A DNA stretch of 64,000 nucleotides from Octopus bimaculoides. Lineage: Eukaryota. Of this stretch, positions 52,148-64,000 are shown piece by piece; the stretch's first letter is position 1, and the number at the start of each line of letters is the position of its first letter. The position numbers and the translations under genes were made by a program. The stretch spans positions 11,343,918 through 11,407,917 of the forward strand of contig NC_068997.1 in NCBI RefSeq assembly GCF_001194135.2, given 5' to 3'. The notes under the pieces were generated by a model. That model was not told the origin of the DNA and did no database searches. It was given only the letters and a program-made list of their open reading frames with translations.

Positions 52148-54524
52148 CCGATAGATCTAGCTATCTCTCCCTGGGTATATATATANNNNNNNNNNNNNNN
52201 NNNNNNNNNNNNNNNNNNNNNNNNNNNNNNNNNNNNNNNNNNNNNNNNNNNNNNNNNNNNNNNNNNNNNNNNNNNNNNNNNNNNNNNNNNNNNNNNNNNN
52301 NNNNNNNNNNNNNNNNNNNNNNNNNNNNNNNNNNNNNNNNNNNTTTTACAATTGCTCAGAATATTTGCGATCATACTTGAAAATATTATTTAAAGAATTT
52401 TCTATTTATTTTGTATTTCTTCCGTTGTTATCAGCTATGTCCGCCGATCACACGAAGGCAACATATATTCAACGCTTATTCTCACACTTCAAATATCTTC
52501 TGCAAGTCCTTCTCATAAACAATTTTCAAACAAAGGTGTCTGGCAGAAACAAAAAATTCATACATGATTTTTGAACACACTTCCACTCACAAACATTCAA
52601 TTTTTAATCGCTCAAAATTCCGGAGCGCTCTTTTTGATCCTTTTAGTAAGAAACATCATTTATTGCTGTATTTTTTATTAATGAAATCTTATCGCTGGTC
52701 ACAAGCTTTGTCAGGTTTCTACTATAAAGTAGTGTCAACACTTTCATTGTTACACGGAATTATTCTGAAAATCATTTAGATGAAATCTTTATACACAGCC
52801 TCCGTCGATCAAAATAGACTGCGTACCTGAACGTATAGGCATAGAATTGGACAACATTTTTCAGGAATACTAGCACGTGCATATGTATGGGAATTATTCA
52901 ACATATTGTGCAGGGAAAGGATAGTCACGTGAACCGATATAGTTTGGAATCAGCGTTATCGCACGCGTGGCTACCAACATGCAAAGCGGCAGAAACAGAT
53001 ATTCAAGGCATCTTACCCGACCGCCTAAAATTCCGTCAATCTCCAGCCCCGTCTTGGTATTTTTTCTCTTCCAAGAAAAGCTGACAAGCAGAGTTGATAT
53101 CATTGAGATCTGAAAACAGTGTGCAATGATTGCGAATAAATACCATGATGCATTTTATCCAATCCTAAAGATTTTTACGATTCGCCGCCTTTGTAAGTGC
53201 AATAACAGGCAGAACATATTTCCGATGCTGTAAGCTGATAGAGATCAAGATACACTTAGAAAAGTTAGCTCTAAAACAATGTATTGACGTATTTAAATGA
53301 TAGATATATCCGCCGCTGTAAGGGCTGTGTGATTTACATTGGTTCAGTTGAATAGAATTTTGTGTTTACTGTTGAACTTGATGGCTCGTTAATATGTTGT
53401 ATACTATTACATCATGTGTTGTATATCATTACCTTTATTTCTCTGAGGTATTGTAAACTGCAGTAGGGTATTTTATAGCAAATATATCAAATAATTCTGT
53501 TATTTTCTAACAAGCATTGCTTTGATTTCTCCGCTATAATACACTTCCTTTAATTTCTTTAACAATGCTCCAGGGTAATCGCTATGAATTATTATAATAA
53601 GATTTTAATGATTACTTCCATTAATGTCTCTGCCGTAGACGCATCTACAAGAGATCATGATGACTACCACTACCTGCTAGATATTTAATACGATCATATT
53701 AAATTCTACTTTGGCAGAAGTTCAAACATTTCTTTACGAAGGATTAGTCAAATATATTGACATACATTATTGATACGTATTACATTAGCCATTCCGTATT
53801 TACATTTACTGAAATGATAAAAAGTTAAGGTCAAACGTGGAAAGGGTTTCAATATAGAGCTTTACGAATTGCATCGAAATGCCGCACGACATTTTATCTG
53901 ACGTTGTTTATCTGATGTTTATTAATTACCTGTAAATTACCAGTAGCACTGATACGAACCAATCAGCGTAAACAACCCATGTGTATGCAGAAAACGTACC
54001 TATAATCACAAATCTCGCAGCAACATCAATAACCCTCCTTCCNNNNNNNNNNNNNNNNNNNNNNNNNNNNNNNNNNNNNNNNNNNNNNNNNNNNNNNNNN
54101 NNNNNNNNNNNNNNNNNNNNNNNNNNNNNNNNNNNNNNNNNNNNNNNNNNNNNNNNNNNNNNNNNNNNNNNNNNNNNNNNNNNNNNNNNNNNNNNNNNNN
54201 NNNNNNNNNNNNNNNNNNNNNNNNNNNNNNNNNNNNNNNNNNNNNNNNNNNNNNNNNNNNNNNNNNNNNNNNNNNNNNNNNNNNNNNNNNNNNNNNNNNN
54301 NNNNNNNNNNNNNNNNNNNNNNNNNNNNNNNNNNNNNNNNNNNNNNNNNNNNNNNNNNNNNNNNNNNNNNNNNNNNNNNNNNNNNNNNNNNNNNNNNNNN
54401 NNNNNNNNNNNNNNNNNNNNNNNNNNNNNNNNNNNNNNNNNNNNNNNNNNNNNNNNNNNNNNNNNNNNNNNNNNNNNNNNNNNNNNNNNNNNNNNNNNNN
54501 NNNNNNNNNNNNNNNNNNNNNNNC

Positions 54525-54670
54525 TATATACGACGGATTTTTTGTTTTTCAGTTTCTGTCTACCAAAGCCACTCATAACGCTTTGCTTGGCAAAAAGCGT
54601 AGAAACCACTTATACAAGATGCCATGGAGGGAGTTCGAACCCAGAGCCATGTGGATGCGAAGGAAATGTG
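54525..54670 (-). mobile_element. SINE family A 5' half
   Basis: TATACGACGGA...TTTCAGTTTCTGTCTACCAAAGCCACTCA...CAAGATGCCA...TTCGAACCCAGAGCCATGTGG matches 47545-47680. The 3' half probably lies in the adjacent gap. Confidence 0.75.
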
Positions 54671-56149
54671 TATATCTCTCGAGCTATTTAATACCTATCC
54701 ACCTATTTATCTCTCAATCTATCTACCTAGCTCCATATATATATATATTACTTTTCAGTTAACATCACTACCGCAACAACATTTACACCAACATCGCCAC
54801 CGCTCTTTTAATAATGACACCACGTTCATCGATCATATAAAATTAAGGAGGGTTGTGTCGTAACTACCAAACCTGTCGTCATTATCAATAACTGTCGTCA
54901 CACTAGCAATATAGATAAGAGCTGACACAAATACAGCCAAAAGTGTTCTGTCCACTATAATCACAACAACTATTATGACTATAAATCCGCCAGCACACCA
55001 TCTAGTTCAGAGTTAGTACGGCCATAGCAGTTGCAACGTTGAAGCACGTAATAAACTTCATAAAAGCAAACAACACTACTGTCATAGCCAATGATACCAT
55101 CTCCACAATCAGACACTAACTAATAGGTTTAAGCAAATCGAGAAAAAATTATCCAGACAATAGACACTTTAACGACTTCATTGCTAGACATTTAATATTA
55201 ATAAACATTGCTTATGTGAAAGAAAATATATATTTCAGTTTATTTATTATCAATGTTGTGGAAGCAAATATATATATTTATTTAAACGCTTCATACAAAA
55301 CACGTCTAATTTTGCCTCATTTGTATATACTTGTTTAATAATCTCTCGCTGAGACTACACCATCTTTCTCTGAATACTCATGTTTCTGTGAAAGTTCTCG
55401 AGCGGTAGGTAGTGGATACGAGAATCAGTAAAACGGCAAAGAAAATGTTTGGCCGTATTTTGTTCCGTCAATTTCAAATCTAAGTTTAAGTTTTCAGGTG
55501 TTCAAAAATCTTTTTTGTTTCACAAAGAACATTATCAAATTTCTAAATAACCCGTTTTGTATGATTTGGGAAATAATGGAAATAATTATTACAAACAAGA
55601 AACAGTGCTTTATAAAAATGTTTCATAAAAATTCCAGCTGGTGTCGATTAGCGTTTAGTGTTTCAGTTGTCAATAGAATAGAAATAACAATCAAGTACGT
55701 GGTTGATGTAATCAACAATAATGTCGTTTACAAATTAGTGAGCCAAAGCCTTGTACATTAAGGTGGTTGAAATGTCAAATGCTGATTATGAAATACCATG
55801 ATTATCAGGAATCTAACCGATTGAAACGTAGAGTAGATGTTTATATTTGAAAAATTGTTTTATTTTCTAAAGTTGAAGTTAATAATCCTAAGTTATAAAT
55901 ATTTATTATTATTATTGCACAATGTTTGCAGAAATCGCTGCGTAAGTTACAATTACACACGCCTCCAGAAAGTCTATCATGTATACAATTAGTAATGCAC
56001 TATTGCAGCATTAAAAGTAATAAAAGTGTACGTTTAATATTGCTTGGAACAATGATAGAAACTATAGTAATAATAACAGTACATATAGTAATATTGATTA
56101 TAACATTGTTTCAAAACCACAAAGCACAGATAATAATATTGGAAATAAT

Positions 56150-56370
56150 AGTAATGATGTTATTTTCTTATTTTGACACAAGGTCAGTAATTTTAAGGCG
56201 TGGATATATCCGTTACATCGACTCCAGACGCCAAATGGTACGTATTTTATCGATTCCGAAGGATAAAAGGCAAAGTCGACCTCAGCGAACACAGAATACA
56301 GAACGTAATGACAGACAAATTACCGCTAAGCAATGTGTCGGAAAAGCTATAGATTCTCTTAGTTCACCGA
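56150..56370 (-). mobile_element. SINE family B, diverged
   Basis: TTACATCGACTCCAG...GGTAC.TATTTTATCGA..CCGAAGGAT.AAAGGCAAAGTCGACCTCAGCG...CAGAACGTAA.GACAGAC is the reverse complement of the 50789 unit. Confidence 0.82.
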
Positions 56371-58864
56371 TCCAAACTTATCAGTAATGTTAAAATCAAA
56401 CTGTTAACATGTCATGCTGTTTTTAACCATCAAATTCAAAGCAATAAAACGTGAATCAGAATATTTTATGTAAACCGAAAATACCATGACAGTTTTTCGT
56501 ATCTTTGCAAACAAAAAGCAAGTGTATTTATACGGTACCTAAAAGGTATGCATTAATGCGAAGATCATGGACTTCCAACGAGAGAAGGTCTAAGGAAAGC
56601 ACTTACAAGTATGTTACATGAAATTAACAGGGAAATTCTGTCACTGAAAGGGCTGAGGGCAGTGGCAAGCGCATATATTTCTTTCATTCGTTATTACCGA
56701 CTTGCTGTCGAAATTTGCTAGAAGCCAATCTTGAGCAGAGTTTTTACTTCTGGCGAAAGGAAAATGTTCCGTTGCTTCTAATAACTATAGAGCAAGTACA
56801 CTAGGAGATTAATGACGTGAAAGCATGTGCTGAGGCTGGAACATTGGTCAACGGTCGTCTCATTGAATTGTATGATGAGCAAGAATTAAGATTGACACTT
56901 TAATTTTCGAACTAGCCATCCTCCTCTCCTTCGGTCTCCATTTGAATAACTTTAAAATGAAGGGTAGTGAGTAATGCAGTGAGTAATTTTCTGGGTTTAT
57001 TTTTTTATTTAGATTCTTTAAACTGCTTTCATGAAGTTTATAGATTGGAATACTTGTATAATTTCACATATAATCGTATTTTCGGTATTAATTTGTGTCT
57101 GTAAGATGCGTCATATCAGTTTCGTTTGCCTTTAAGTAATTGTATTAATAGTAATCATCTTTGTTCTCTGATTTTATTATCTGAATGTAATCTTATTTAA
57201 TTCGCGTCTTCAGTTCGGCTAATTTGTCTAATCGCATAAATATTTTTTATATCATTGTTGACTATGTATACAGTGCTACCAGATTCTCCACATTGTCGCT
57301 ATCAATTGTAAATAATTTTAAATTATTTATATAGATGAGATAGTTTGTAGCCTGTCTGCAATATAACGATTTGTAATATAATTCACCAAATGTGTTAATG
57401 CAGTCAGATTTAGATAGAAGACAGTTTGGAAAAGATCTTCCAAGAAAGGTACACTTATCATGCAAATAAATATGTTCATTTTTATCTTAATGGTTAGCCT
57501 AAGGTAAACAACAGCGAAAGACAAACACATTGGCCATATCAATTGCTATTTAAGTTGGATTCCCTATATCACAAGCGCAGAAAAAAAATAAACATTATCA
57601 GTAAACTACCAACAGGATCAGAGCAGCGTAGCTGTAGCAAAGAAAGGTGAGAAAAGTAATTAACCAAGTTCAGCTTAAATAACAACAACATTCTGACATG
57701 TTCATTACATCCCAGTATACTTCTCTATAATAGCTGTACCAGAGATTTGTTATCTTACATCACACCCAAATGAATTTTCGTCTTTGAGAATTCAAGTAAA
57801 ATCAATAGCGGTTCAGTCCGCAATGAAAACCCCTCGGTCGTATCTTCTGCTGATATCACGTTGCATAACCGATGGGCTCCATTCAATGCGCTCCATTCAA
57901 AGCTCGTTATACTTGTTAGTGAGTCTTTTGTCAGATTTGTTACATCACAGTATGTTTCGATAAAGATTGCTGATTTATATTAAAACGAATTCTATATATA
58001 GATTGATAGTTAGAATTAGGGTCCAGCAATCTTGCTCAAACACTTCCTATCTTAGCAAGACCTGCTCCAACCAAACGCACACCAACACTACTGAGACCGG
58101 CTCTAACTTCTAGATAACGTTTCTTCCATAGTTTTCTTGCTCACATATTGTAGCTCTATGACACGTGGCGTGTGTTACATCTATACACACATAATTTTAG
58201 GCAAAATTGCGCGAAAAAGATGGAGCTTTTAGCGTCCTTAACTTGCAAGATATAAAACTGGAATCTCCCTCAAATTGCAGCTCGTAAAATAATAAGTTCG
58301 TCAATGATGTAATGTAGTTTACGCGGATCATAGTTCAAGTTAGTAATAATTAATATTAGTAATGATTTTTGTAAAAACGTGTAGGATAATACATGATCTC
58401 TAATGAAGTCATTTACGGTGATTAGAAATACAATATTAACATGAGCTGAATTGGAATTGTGATATTTGTCGATCTGGGCATCATCATTGACAGTCGTGCG
58501 GTATGGTACCGAAGCAGTATAAACATAGCCATCAACATAATCATGCTTACTAAATGCGTAACGAGAACCTATGAATGTGCATTTATATAGTCAACCAACC
58601 TACTAGAAGTACCAACGAAAGTTTCTCAATAATATACACCTATGTATCTTTTAAAAGAGAGACACAGTATATGTTTATACCATACACATACACACACAAA
58701 GTAAAACATGCCAATGTATGTGCGTATGTTACCAGAGACATAAGAAAAGAGTAGAGTTATTTAAGCAATTGTGTCTCCACCATGTATGGTTATCTATTGG
58801 AAAATTTAGGTAAATTGTTTTCGAAGTTTAAAGTCTTTAATAATTTAGCACCAAATGCGATAGT

Positions 58865-59340
58865 ATTATCATGTGGCCAGGATGGAAGCTGATCGGATAG
58901 CTAAGCAATTTCTGTATGGTTAGTTTGCACATGGTGAAAGACCAAATTAATAAACGAAATTAAGAATTAGACACTACATCAAGATTACAAGTAGGAAGGT
59001 CAAAATTTTGGAAAATAGATGAGAAAACCTAGACGAAGATTGTTCCTCATAGACGAATGCAGAACCTTATGGATAGTGACGATTTGAATTCAATTGTGTC
59101 AAGGGAGATGTTCGTATGGTTTAGATGTTAATTTGATGTTAAATTGTAATTAGAATGTTGGTGCTGAGCCCAATTTAACAAGCTGCTAGTGCAGGCGATT
59201 GTGTAAGTGTGGCAGGTTTTAGAAGTAATCAGAAAAGCCGCACGCACAAGGGAATTAATTATGCATTATATAGCACCTCTAGGTGTTGGGAGTAACGAAA
59301 AGACTGTAAACCAGGACTGACAAATTATATAAAGTTTTAG
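58865..59340 (+). mobile_element. Old RTE-clade LINE 3' fragment
   Basis: HVARMEADRIAKQFLYG*FAHGERP...KLRIRHYIK resembles RTE 'GHVxRMxxxRxPKQxLYGELxxGxR...PKLRYKD'; a weak terminal-knuckle remnant (CWE*RKDCKPGLTNYIK) lies near 59283-59335. Confidence 0.7.
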
Positions 59341-59732
59341 CAAAACAGTATCGCAGCACCTACTGCATGAGGCACTCATTGTTACCATATCTGTAGAAAA
59401 CAGTCAAACGCGTAGGAGGCCTTACACTGCTAATATTTAAGAGAACACTTAAGAGAAAGCAATATTCTAAATAATTTTGCAGTTATTATGTATGCATGCA
59501 TGTATTATTGGCGCGCATGCGTGAACGTGTGTGTGCGCGCGCTGGTGCTAGCAAGTGTAACTAAATGAGATATTCAATGCCAGGTGGAAGGTGATATATA
59601 TGCCAAAAGTGACATTTCACAATTTGTAATTTGTAGATTCACGTCTCCAGATTTCAAACGCCAATATAAATTTCATTTAGCAAATTTATGAGAGATTGAT
59701 AATACTAACTATAATGCTATGTATAAATGTAG

Positions 59733-59801
<69 letters not shown>

Positions 59802-60769
59802 ATGTGTAAACAAAAATATTATTAACAGTAATTTCGAAGCTTTTTTCAGTTAAGTCAGCGTCTGACTGCAAATATTTATATATTACATATAATATATATA
59901 CACACACGCTCACACATGTATATATGAAAGTATGTATATATATAAGTCTGGATTTATTTATGTTTGTATGGTTGGATGGATGGATGGATGGATGCTCTAT
60001 ACTAGAATTAAATATGAAGTGCGGAACAACTGCGGGCTCCACCATATGCCGTTATATTCTAGAATTATAGGTTTTCTCATTAGAGCAAGTGCAAATTGTG
60101 TCTTATATGAATTTCATTGTGTTTATACACTGTAATTTCGAAATCAATATTAAATAGAACAATCTTTGTATCAATAAGACATATAGGCGCTGTTTACTAC
60201 TTTAACGATTTTAGAAGTGTGCTGGAATTACCCAATTTAACAGCAGAAGATGAATCTAAAATCGAATATCCTAATTCAGCTGTTATATTAATCAGAGGAA
60301 TAAATACTTATCATTCATAACCCAAATAGATCTTTTTTTCCAAAATTCTGTTATCAAATGGGTATATAATAACACAGAGCAACCATATAATAGTACCTAA
60401 TCAAAGGTAACACGAAGGGACATTTGAAAATTAAATCAAGGTATTATAAAGAAGTAAATAATTAAAGCTTCCACTCTCCTATTTGATTGGCATCTTTAAC
60501 AAAAACTAAGAGCGCATTTAATGGTGTTTACTGACAAATACATCTTAAAGATGAGTAGAGCGATGGTACAGAGCTGCTGGTGATACTAGCCTGGTAAATC
60601 AGATAATGATACAGCCGGAACTAATAGCGGAACTCATAGTCAAACGCTCTAGCAACACCCACTAGTACATAAGCTTCGTATAGTGTTCAATTTACAGACT
60701 GATTTTATTTTGAAGTGTCCATTCAGTTCACTTCTGCTTATATCACCCTCATACGCTCATCCACATAAA

Positions 60770-60908
60770 TCTTCTTCTTCTTCTTCTTCTTCTTCTTCTT
60801 CTTCTTCTTCTTCTTCTTCTTCTTCTTCTTCCATACATATATACATGCATACATACATACATACATACATACATACATACATACATACATACATACATAC
60901 ATACATAG
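60770..60908. repeat. (TTC)n plus (TACA)n microsatellites
   Basis: Direct reading. Confidence 0.95.
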
Positions 60909-61253
60909 GTTGAGACGCAAACACGCGCATATCCTTATGTCGGGTCTGGCAGGGGCTTAACAGCAGCAAACAACAACAGAATGAACGCATGCAACATGAA
61001 TCAGAAAGATGATTTGACTAATCAACATTAATGAGTAGCCGTGGTCTCATCTGCCAAATCAGTGACAAAAATTGCAGCAACAGTATTAATTACAAACGGT
61101 GAATGCAATAACAATTATGAAAGAAACATCGGCAACAAGAACAACATGAGAAACCCTACATAAAGCAACAACAACTACTATATCAAGAAAAACAACAGGT
61201 AGATAGAGAATTAGTGACAGGAATGGAAATGGGGTCGTTGAAAGCATTATAAT

Positions 61254-61322
61254 TTCTTCTTCTCCTTCTTGTTCTTGTTCTTGTTCTTGTTCTTGTTCTT
61301 CTTCTTCTCCTTGTTCTTCTCC

Positions 61323-61354
<32 letters not shown>

Positions 61355-61371
61355 CTTCTTCTTCTTCTTCT

Positions 61372-61418
<47 letters not shown>

Positions 61419-61460
61419 TTCGCTCTTCTTCGCTCTTCTTCTTCATCTCCTTCTACTTCT

Positions 61461-61492
<32 letters not shown>

Positions 61493-62171
61493 TTCTTCTT
61501 CTTCTTCTTCNNNNNNNNNNNNNNNNNNNNNNNNNNNNNNNNNNNNNNNNNNNNNNNNNNNNNNNNNNNNNNNNNNNNNNNNNNNNNNNNNNNNNNNNNN
61601 NNNNNNNNNNNNNNNNNNNNNNNNNNNNNNNNNNNNNNNNNNNNNNNNNNNNNNNNNNNNNNNNNNNNNNNNNNNNNNNNNNNNNNNNNNNNNNNNNNNN
61701 NNNNNNNNNNNNNNNNNNNNNNNNNNNNNNNNNNNNNNNNNNNNNNNNNNNNNNNNNNNNNNNNNNNNNNNNNNNNNNNNNNNNNNNNNNNNNNNNNNNN
61801 NNNNNNNNNNNNNNNNNNNNNNNNNNNNNNNNNNNNNNNNNNNNNNNNNNNNNNNNNNNNNNNNNNNNNNNNNNNNNNNNNNNNNNNNNNNNNNNNNNNN
61901 NNNNNNNNNNNNNNNNNNNNNNNNNNNNNNNNNNNNNNNNNNNNNNNNNNNNNNNNNNNNNNNNNNNNNNNNNNNNNNNNNNNNNNNNNNNNNNNNNNNN
62001 NNNNNNNNNNNNNNNNNNNNNNNNNNNNNNNNNNNNNNNNNNNNNNNNNNNNNNNNNNNNNNNNNNNNNNNNNNNNNNCTTCTTCACTTTTCTCCTTCTT
62101 CACTATTCTTCTTCTTCCCCTTCTTCTTCTTCTTCTTCTTCTTCTTCTTCTTCTTCTTCTTCTTCTTCTTC
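61254..62171. repeat. Long (TTC)n-based array with TTG/TTC variants, interrupted by an assembly gap
   Basis: TTC repeats on both sides of the gap 61511-62078. Confidence 0.92.
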
Positions 62172-62426
62172 TACAGTTCAGCACACGTGTCGATGACAGC
62201 GTGACCGAAGAGGAAAATGTCTTTCTTCAATCTTTTCAACCTGGTTAAGCATACAGCCTCCTTTAGCTCTAACCACGAGAAAGAGAGAGAGAGAGAGGAA
62301 TACTGCCTCCCCTATCTTGTTAAACGTGCGTGGTAGTTCAATGCTCACGATGTATTCAACGAACAGTCGGCTTCGTCTTACGTGCGATCATCGCTGAATG
62401 ATACAGATAATTATTAAAAAAACGGC

Positions 62427-62444
62427 TAATAATAATAATAATAA

Positions 62445-62475
<31 letters not shown>

Positions 62476-62503
62476 AAGGTGATGATGATGATGATGAATA
62501 GGT

Positions 62504-62557
<54 letters not shown>
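62427..62557. repeat. Compound trinucleotide array (AAT)n(AAG)n(GAT)n(AAT)n
   Basis: Direct reading. Confidence 0.93.
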
Positions 62558-63560
62558 TAAGAAGGTGAAAAAAATATATGNNNNNNNNNNNNNNNNNNNN
62601 NNNNNNNNNNNNNNNNNNNNNNNNNNNNNNNNNNNNNNNNNNNNNNNNNNNNNNNNNNNNNNNNNNNNNNNNNNNNNNNNNNNNNNNNNNNNNNNNNNNN
62701 NNNNNNNNNNNNNNNNNNNNNNNNNNNNNNNNNNNNNNNNNNNNNNNNNNNNNNNNNNNNNNNNNNNNNNNNNNNNNNNNNNNNNNNNNNNNNNNNNNNN
62801 NNNNNNNNNNNNNNNNNNNNNNNNNNNNNNNNNNNNNNNNNNNNNNNNNNNNNNNNNNNNNNNNNNNNNNNNNNNNNNNNNNNNNNNNNNNNNNNNNNNN
62901 NNNNNNNNNNNNNNNNNNNNNNNNNNNNNNNNNNNNNNNNNNNNNNNNNNNNNNNNNNNNNNNNNNNNNNNNNNNNNNNNNNNNNNNNNNNNNNNNNNNN
63001 NNNNNNNNNNNNNNNNNNNNNNNNNNNNNNNNNNNNNNNNNNNNNNNNNNNNNNNNNNNNNNNNNNNNNNNNNNNNNNNNNNNNNNNNNNNNNNNNNNNN
63101 NNNNNNNNNNNNNNNNNNNNNNNNNNNNNNNNNNNNNNNNNNNNNNNNNNNNNNNNNNNNNNNNNNNNNNNNNNNNNNNNNNNNNNNNNNNNNNNNNNNN
63201 NNNNNNNNNNNNNNNNNNNNNNNNNNNNNNNNNNNNNNNNNNNNNNNNNNNNNNNNNNNNNNNNNNNNNNNNNNNNNNNNNNNNNNNNNNNNNNNNNNNN
63301 NNNNNNNNNNNNNNNNNNNNNNNNNNNNNNNNNNNNNNNNNNNNNNNNNNNNNNNNNNNNNNNNNNNNNNNNNNNNNNNNNNNNNNNNNNNNNNNNNNNN
63401 NNNNNNNNNNNNNNNNNNNNNNNNNNNNNNNNNNNNNNNNNNNNNNNNNNNNNNNNNNNNNNNNNNNNNNNNNNNNNNNNNNNNNNNNNNNNNNNNNNNN
63501 NNNNNNNNNNNNNNNNNNNNNNNNNNNNNNNNNNNNNNNNNNNNNNNNNNNNNNNNNNNN

Positions 63561-63715
63561 CCGTTACTTAGTGGTTCGGCAAAAGTGACCCATAGAATAA
63601 GTACAAGGCTTACAAAGAATAAGTCCTGGGGTCGATTTGCTCGACTAAAGGCGGTGCACCAGCATCGCCGCAGCCAAATGACTGAGACAAGTTAAAGAGT
63701 AAGAGAGTAAAAGAG
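63561..63715 (+). mobile_element. SINE family A, 3' half
   Basis: GTTCGGCAAAAG..ACC.ATAGAATAAGTAC..GGCTTACAAAGAATAAGTCCTGGGGTCGATTTGCTCGACTAAAGGCGGTGC.CCAGCAT..CCGCAG...GACTGAGACAAGT; homologous to 9985-10135. Confidence 0.88.
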
Positions 63716-64000
63716 CAAGGAACCTTTTTTTTTACTGTCAGGAGACATACTAGAAATAGCAGCCAAAATTTACTAACATCACACCTCGCTGTTTCGTCAT
63801 CTAACAACAAAACAACAAAATGAGAAAACGGAAATAATACGGAACAGGTAATATGATTCGCACAATATATAATATTGTTAGAGATGAATTAGGGGAGGTG
63901 GCCACTGCAAGAAGGCCTCAATGAAATCTAACGTGTGGGAGAGCCAAGCGTTAACGGCCATCGCTATTACTACAACAAAAACTACTGCTGCTGTTGATAA

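Noticed and set aside
55926-56387. 153-aa plus-strand ORF
   Set aside because: Made of an AAT-rich tract plus the antisense of a family-B SINE.

Overview
AT-rich metazoan genomic DNA with 16 assembly gaps, almost all next to microsatellites. The repeat content (SINE families, a DD37D transposon, dense TA/CA/TATC/AAT/TTC microsatellites) resembles an Octopus-type cephalopod draft scaffold; that assignment is inference from recalled repeat families, not a database result. I found no intact host protein-coding gene, rRNA, tRNA gene or CRISPR array, and the supplied ORFs are microsatellite, gap or chance frames, or pieces of dead transposons. The window looks intergenic or deep-intronic. Supported features are two decayed Tc1/mariner transposases (a DD37D maT-type copy at 8.8-9.9 kb and a DUF4817-HTH type at 6.1-6.65 kb), three RTE-type LINE fragments, one 3' fragment of a restriction-like-endonuclease non-LTR element next to (AAT)n, many copies of about three tRNA-headed SINE families, and a probable Penelope-like relic with a degenerate minimal hammerhead motif. 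The most interesting unexplained structures are a ~300-bp tandem duplication whose units both carry hammerhead-like cores (18.3-18.8 kb), a head-to-tail SINE stack with a shared spacer (50.8-51.6 kb), a microsatellite-tipped foldback (3.8-4.2 kb), a near-identical 325-bp direct repeat (1.2/3.4 kb), and several splice-bounded plus-strand segments, one holding a 44-aa hydrophobic smORF. None of these is proven to be a novel system.
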